Positions 58,623 through 64,000 of a stretch of DNA of 64,000 nucleotides are shown here, piece after piece (within the stretch, counting starts at the first letter, position 1; each line of letters begins with the position of its first letter). A program made the translations under genes and the position numbers. The stretch comes from Bugula neritina. Lineage: Eukaryota; Animalia; Bryozoa. Below the pieces are notes generated by a model that saw only the letters and a list, made by a program, of their open reading frames with translations, was not told the origin of the DNA and did no database searches. The stretch spans positions 15,035,089 through 15,099,088 of the forward strand of contig OZ037771.1 in NCBI GenBank assembly GCA_964035545.1, in the 5' to 3' direction.

Positions 58623-61600
58623 TTAGTAAGAGATAACATTGAACATCCACATTGTAAGCAGAAATACTAAAATATGATGAGACAATTTAAGAAAGCTGCT
58701 TTTGTTGTGTCCACCAGTGAACTTGGGCTTGGGGATGGGAATGACACCCGTATCGCTAATGTTGAGTCTAGTTGGTATGAACTTGGTCTAAAATTATAAA
58801 TTCACAAAATTGTTTATTTATAATTGCTAATATTTATGAAACTTTTACTATTTAAATATTTTGCCAATAGAATATTATTCTAACCTTCCCAAAACACAAT
58901 TTATTGAAGTTATAAAATAGCAGAAAATAATACAGCCAGTTTTCATCGTTTATAAGTTTTTATTACATTACTTTAGTATATTATATTATGTTGTATTATT
59001 ATATTATATTATAATATTGTATTGTATTATAATAGTATATCACATTATTTTATATTATATTATATTATAATATTACATTATATTATAACATTATATGATA
59101 GTATATTACATTATATTATAATATTACATTTTTATATTATATTATAATATTGTTTTGTCTTATATAATATTATATCATATTGATATATTATCTTATAATA
59201 TTATATCATATTATATTGTATTGTATTATATGATATTATAATATTACATTATATTATGATAATATATGATATTATATTATATTATATTATTATATTATAT
59301 TATAATATTGTATTGTATTATATAATTTTCTAATATTACATTATATTATAATATTATATTATATTATATTATATTATATTATATAGACTATTAGCAATAG
59401 GCTTATCCAATTTTTCAAATGCCATTTTTGTTTCAGAAACTTTAAGCAGCACTATGTTATATTAAAAGATAAACTAATGCAGTGGTGATAATATAATGTT
59501 TGACTTACGTATGGACACTTTGCCTGGTCATTAATATGCACACGCTCTTGTTTGTCTCCCACTTTGGTGATCTGCAAACAGTACGTGAAAAGCAAATACA
59601 ATGACAGGGTTCATCGGCTGGTTCAGCTTATTAAATTAATTGATTCTATTCACAACTTAAAGGGTTGTCAGTCCAGTTTTTCTTATAATGGATTAGAATA
59701 ACTTTAGAAATTTAAAGTTGAGCATTATTTAAGCCTCACAAAAACAACATAATTCAAATTTATAATTACATTGTTGCCATTTGATTATTAAAGTAAAATA
59801 ATAGCTTATGATTTTATAGTATATAATATGCATATTGCCACAGCCTAAAGGTTTTACTATATAATAATCACACTTACCATGCTATTCCAAAGAGCCACGC
59901 CCATTGCACTATGACCTTTGCTACTCCAGTGTACACAGTCTGGTGCAAAGTATGTTGAATCAAAGGCTTTATGCTATAAAACAATTTATTCATGATATAT
60001 TAGTTCAAAGAATAATAAAATATAATACTAGATCAGGTGGCAAAAAATAATTTAAAAGGAATACTGATCAACTATATATTACTTATATAGCCTCACAAAA
60101 ACAACATAATTTAAATTTATAATTACATTGTTGCCATTTGATTATTAAAGTAAAATAATAGCTTATGATTTTATAGTATATAATATGCATATTGCCACAG
60201 CCTAAAGGTTTTACTATATAATAATCACACTTACCATGCTATTCCAAAGAGCCACGCCCATTGCACTATGACCTTTGCTACTCCAGTGTATAATTTAAAA
60301 GGAATACTGATCAACTATATATTACGGTATACTTTTTATATGTATGTAACGTAAGTTGCAACTAAACATTCATGCTCATAAGTTTAGATAGCCTAAATGT
60401 TGTTAGAATTAGATCAATGCAACTTTAATTGAACTCAAAATATTTAGTTATATTATAGATCTTTTAATGTTAGAGATGTAAAAAATTTGCCCTCAATTGC
60501 ATTTGAACCCGCGCCTTCTGACTCTAAAGCAGGCACCATAACCGTTACACCAGAGGAACTACAGGAATGACAAACAACAACAGTACTAGATATTAAAGGT
60601 ATAACTCACTTTACAAGCGGAGATTGACATTTCTCTAAGGAAAGGCTGGATAACAACTGTGAAATCCTTCTTCGTGTCGTATCTGCCGCTGTTAATTAGT
60701 TCCTGAATCGCTGCCGCATACTTCCTCTCGATGTGCTCTCCGTCTGACTTAGTCACACACGGACAATAGTGCAGCCTAGGAAAAACTATTTTAGTTGAAG
60801 TTCTTTTTTTAAAAGCTCAGTTAGACTAATAATAATACAGATTATTCTTATTTAGTGTCACTTAAAAATTAGGAAGCTTTAAGCTATAGTTTGTATTTTC
60901 TGTATAACAGTTATATAAACCTTATACGTTCTTGTGATCACATCGAATAAAATTAATACCTTCATGCTATAAATAGACTAAATTTTGACACTGCAAACAA
61001 TAACAAAGACACTGCAATGTTGATGTTGGAAATACTACACAAATTGTTATCATTGGCAGGAGCATGCTTCATCCAGTAAAATCTATATTAAATGCATAAT
61101 TTAAATTTAAATTTAAACAAGTAATAGCATGTGAAAAAAATAGTCAAAAGTTTTTTTTCAGAAATAATAAATAGTTTGTCATCAATCAAAGGTTTCTAAC
61201 TGTATATATATAGCATGTTAGCAAATGAACAATAATTATTATACCATAATTTAGAACATTAGTTTTATTATTTGCAGTTTTTCATATGGTTTTCTATGTA
61301 TTAATAATTTTGATGTAAAGGATGACACTATATTATATGTAAAAGTCATGGCAATTGTAATCTCATTACATATTGCATCTGACATTTTGAAACTTTCCAC
61401 TTCGTACTGCAAATTTTAAAATAAATATGACATTATACACATTGCGTTCCTAAACAAAAGTTATCAAATTGTCAAGTACTCATACAATAATCTAAGTACA
61501 AATTAGCACAGCAGGCGTTATATAAATTGTCATGTTATTTTCATAATTGCTCCTTAACGAGATTGACTCGTATATATACTTAGCTGGCACTTTATATACC

Positions 61601-64000
61601 AGAATAACTATAATAACTGACCTCTACAAGATGAAAACAGAGCAGACTGTTTGCTAGCTTTAGTAGTTGAAGTTAATTGTTGTTAGTCCAAAATCTTACC
61701 TAGCATTGCGTTCGCACTTCGGGCTAAATCGCACCATTTCTCTAACCTTGTCAATCCCATACATCTCCACAAAGTTAACCATGGTTCTTGGCAAGTTGGC
61801 GTGGAGATAGTCAAGGGCTCTTCTTATATATTTCTTGTAATTCTCAACGGAATATGTTTCCTGAAATGATAAATTCTAAAAATATACCATATTCATATTT
61901 ATTTAAAGAAAATTTTAATGGAAGAAGACAAAATTGAGTGTGCTATTTAATATAATTTTTTAAACAAAACACTCAAAAATTATCTTATAATATTCTGTAA
62001 TAATTTGTTATATAGCTACAACTTTGTTCCCAACTTAAACTAAATACTATATAATGAAATTGCGTAAAATGTTCTGAAAAATAGTTTTGTCCCCACTGGG
62101 AATCGAACCCAAGACCTCCGGCTTGCAAGCAAGGGTGCTAACCATTACACCACGAAGACCACTGGCTAAATTCACCACCACATCCCACCCAGTTCTCTGA
62201 ACTCCACTGGCCTATCTACTACTCCTTCAGTCTTCAGGCTCTCCTGGCCACTCAACTCCCTCGGAGTACTACTACACTTCATTGAAGCCCGAAATTGCTT
62301 GAAAAATAGTTGCCCCTACTGGGAATCAAACCAGGGTTCGCCGGCTTGCAAGCAAGTGTGCTAACCATTACACCACGAGGACCACTGGCTAAACTCATCA
62401 CTACATGTTCTACCACACCATTAAGATAACAGTAACTCATTATCATATGTAGTAGCTTGAGAACCTGTAAACATAGCTTAAGCTTTGACTGAAGCATTAC
62501 GGTATATTAGAACACCAACCTTATCTTCACAAAATTTGCACAAATCATTCGTGCCAACTAGTATCGTTACTATTTTCCAATCTTTCCTAATATTCATCCA
62601 CACATTGTTTTTAATTTTTTCTACCAACAGGTGTGCTTGTGCTGGCATATCTCTAAAGAAATAAGAAAAGGTAAAAACTATGTTGCTAAAACTTTATTTT
62701 AACTGCAAATCATGAAGGAAAAAATTTAACTTTTTAGCTAAACAAATTATAATATTCTATCCAAAAAGATAATTGTTATTCATATATACAATTTCAAAAA
62801 AAATTGAAAATTTTGATTTGCATCACTTGTCCAAAAGCAAATACAGCAACAAATTATTGAATCTACATCAAATCAAACCAAACAAAGAAAATATATGATT
62901 CTATTTAAGTTGGTCAAATCTTTCAAAAATCAAGTTCTGTAATTGGTTACTTTAAATGAATGCATTTTAAAATAGATGCCAGCATAATTGTAAGAGAAGT
63001 TATAGACTAATATATAGTATATCATTAGTACTGTTAATATTATGGAAATATATGGGCAGTATTGAAACTACAGGATTAGTTTCAGGCTTCCGTATTCACT
63101 TTAATTGATATTCTCAGCAAAGACTGTAAGTATTGTAACTTAATTCTTTATCAGTAGAGTAACATACTTTGCAGAGGCGCCCAGCTGTCCAACATTGAGT
63201 CCAGCAAGCATTGAGTTAGAACTCCCCAAACCCATAGAGAAGCCATCCACATGGGGGTTAAACAGCTTCAGGATATCTGTGTTCGGATAATTTTACAAAA
63301 GAGCAACAATTATAATAATTTGCTTTTCCAACTGCAAAGCACCAAGTTATTGGTTAATCAAATAGTTCACTTACTGGCAAATGTAGTAACTCGACTGATA
63401 TATGTTGCATCACCTCCAGTGCTACAAGAAGTATAGTTGAACCATTTATGTGTTGTGTTTGTAGAACAATACTACCATCGTAGACATAAATTTATTGTAT
63501 TTAATGTTTGATTAAATGTATTTACTATAATAGGTGGAAGGAAATGACTGTAGTTTCAACAAATAGCTAATTACTGCTAGTAATGTAATTTGCACTGACA
63601 TTTGTAGTAATGAGGTTTAAAAATTCGGTCTTCAATGGGGTTTGAACCAGGAGCCTTTGGATTTGCAACCAATTACACCACAGAAGCTACAGAGTAATCT
63701 TAACACCACATATCATAATAATCATTATTGATGCAATATATAGTACCTGAATGATCGACCTCTGTATTCTATCATAATATCTTCGAATTTGGTAGCCCTA
63801 GACCCAGTACCTGTCGTAAGGCTGTCTCCCATACCAGCCACTATCTTGATATCTCCAGGTCTTAGACTGTGAACTAAAAGTACGTTTATTTACAATCAGT
63901 TGTCACACACGCTATTTATGAAACGAGTTCAAGTTTGCGTGAGTTCCTTACCATTAGTAGGTAGTGAGTTAGGGGGCGATGTATAGTTCCCCGGGCACAG
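58623..64000 (-). CDS. PLB1: Phospholipase B1-like SGNH/GDSL lipase, 5' end outside the window; exons (5'->3') 63952->64000, 63747-63873, 63375-63421, 63168-63276, 62520-62652, 61700-61860, 60610-60775, 59878-59973, 59509-59571, 58623-58787
   Basis: In-frame spliced translation: LPTNVHSLRPGDIKIVAGMGDSLTTG (block I GDSL), EYRGRSFSTGGD...TTFANILKLFNP, DWKIVTILVGTNDLC (block III), ALDYLHANLPRTMVN, SGRYDTKKDFTVVIQPFL, FAPDCVHWSSKGH...ALWNSM (block V DxxH), then a hydrophobic C-terminus. The symbol means PLB1-like; orthology is untested. Confidence 0.92.
58975..59385. repeat. Degenerate (ATATT)n low-complexity tract in the last PLB1-like intron (similar tract at ~6000-6310)
   Basis: Read directly. 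Confidence 0.85.
60083..60290 (-). other. Local duplication carrying the 3' half of the PLB1-like catalytic exon and its donor site
   Basis: 60089-60290 repeats 59732-59933 almost exactly. It is flanked by the 35-bp direct repeat TAATTTAAAAGGAATACTGATCAACTATATATTAC (60048-60082 / 60291-60325). Confidence 0.88.
62075..62405 (-). mobile_element. tRNA-derived repeat family B, partial tandem dimer (unit ~223 bp)
   Basis: Two tRNA-like heads (~62088-62160 and ~62312-62383) 223 bp apart, separated by a ~150-bp body. More decayed copies at ~15898, ~23815, ~34222, ~60485 and ~63625. Confidence 0.8.

Overview
AT-rich, intron-containing animal (non-vertebrate-like) genomic DNA. Bases 1-45200 hold a tandem cluster of five clan-3 (CYP3A/CYP5-like) cytochrome P450 genes. 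Three are on the + strand (the first is cut by the window start) and two are on the - strand, tail-to-tail with them; the - strand pair is a recent ~10.5-13.5 kb tandem duplication. The four complete genes each have 12 coding exons. To the right of the cluster on the - strand lie a galactose-3-O-sulfotransferase-like gene (48651-50272) and the 3' part of a phospholipase B1-like SGNH/GDSL lipase gene (58623->64000). I reconstructed exons by hand from GT/AG sites and reading frames. All four complete P450s replace the conserved I-helix acid of the acid-alcohol pair: AGFQTT in the + genes and AGFRTT in the - genes. They also share an unusual conserved H-I loop motif. The window also contains a decayed Tc1 transposon, CR1/L2-like and Rex1-like LINE fragments, two tRNA-derived repeat families (one circularly permuted or partial-tandem), MITEs and foldbacks, duplicated copies of the lipase catalytic exon, and many micro- and minisatellites that explain most long ORFs in the track. 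Family assignments come from remembered motifs, not database searches.
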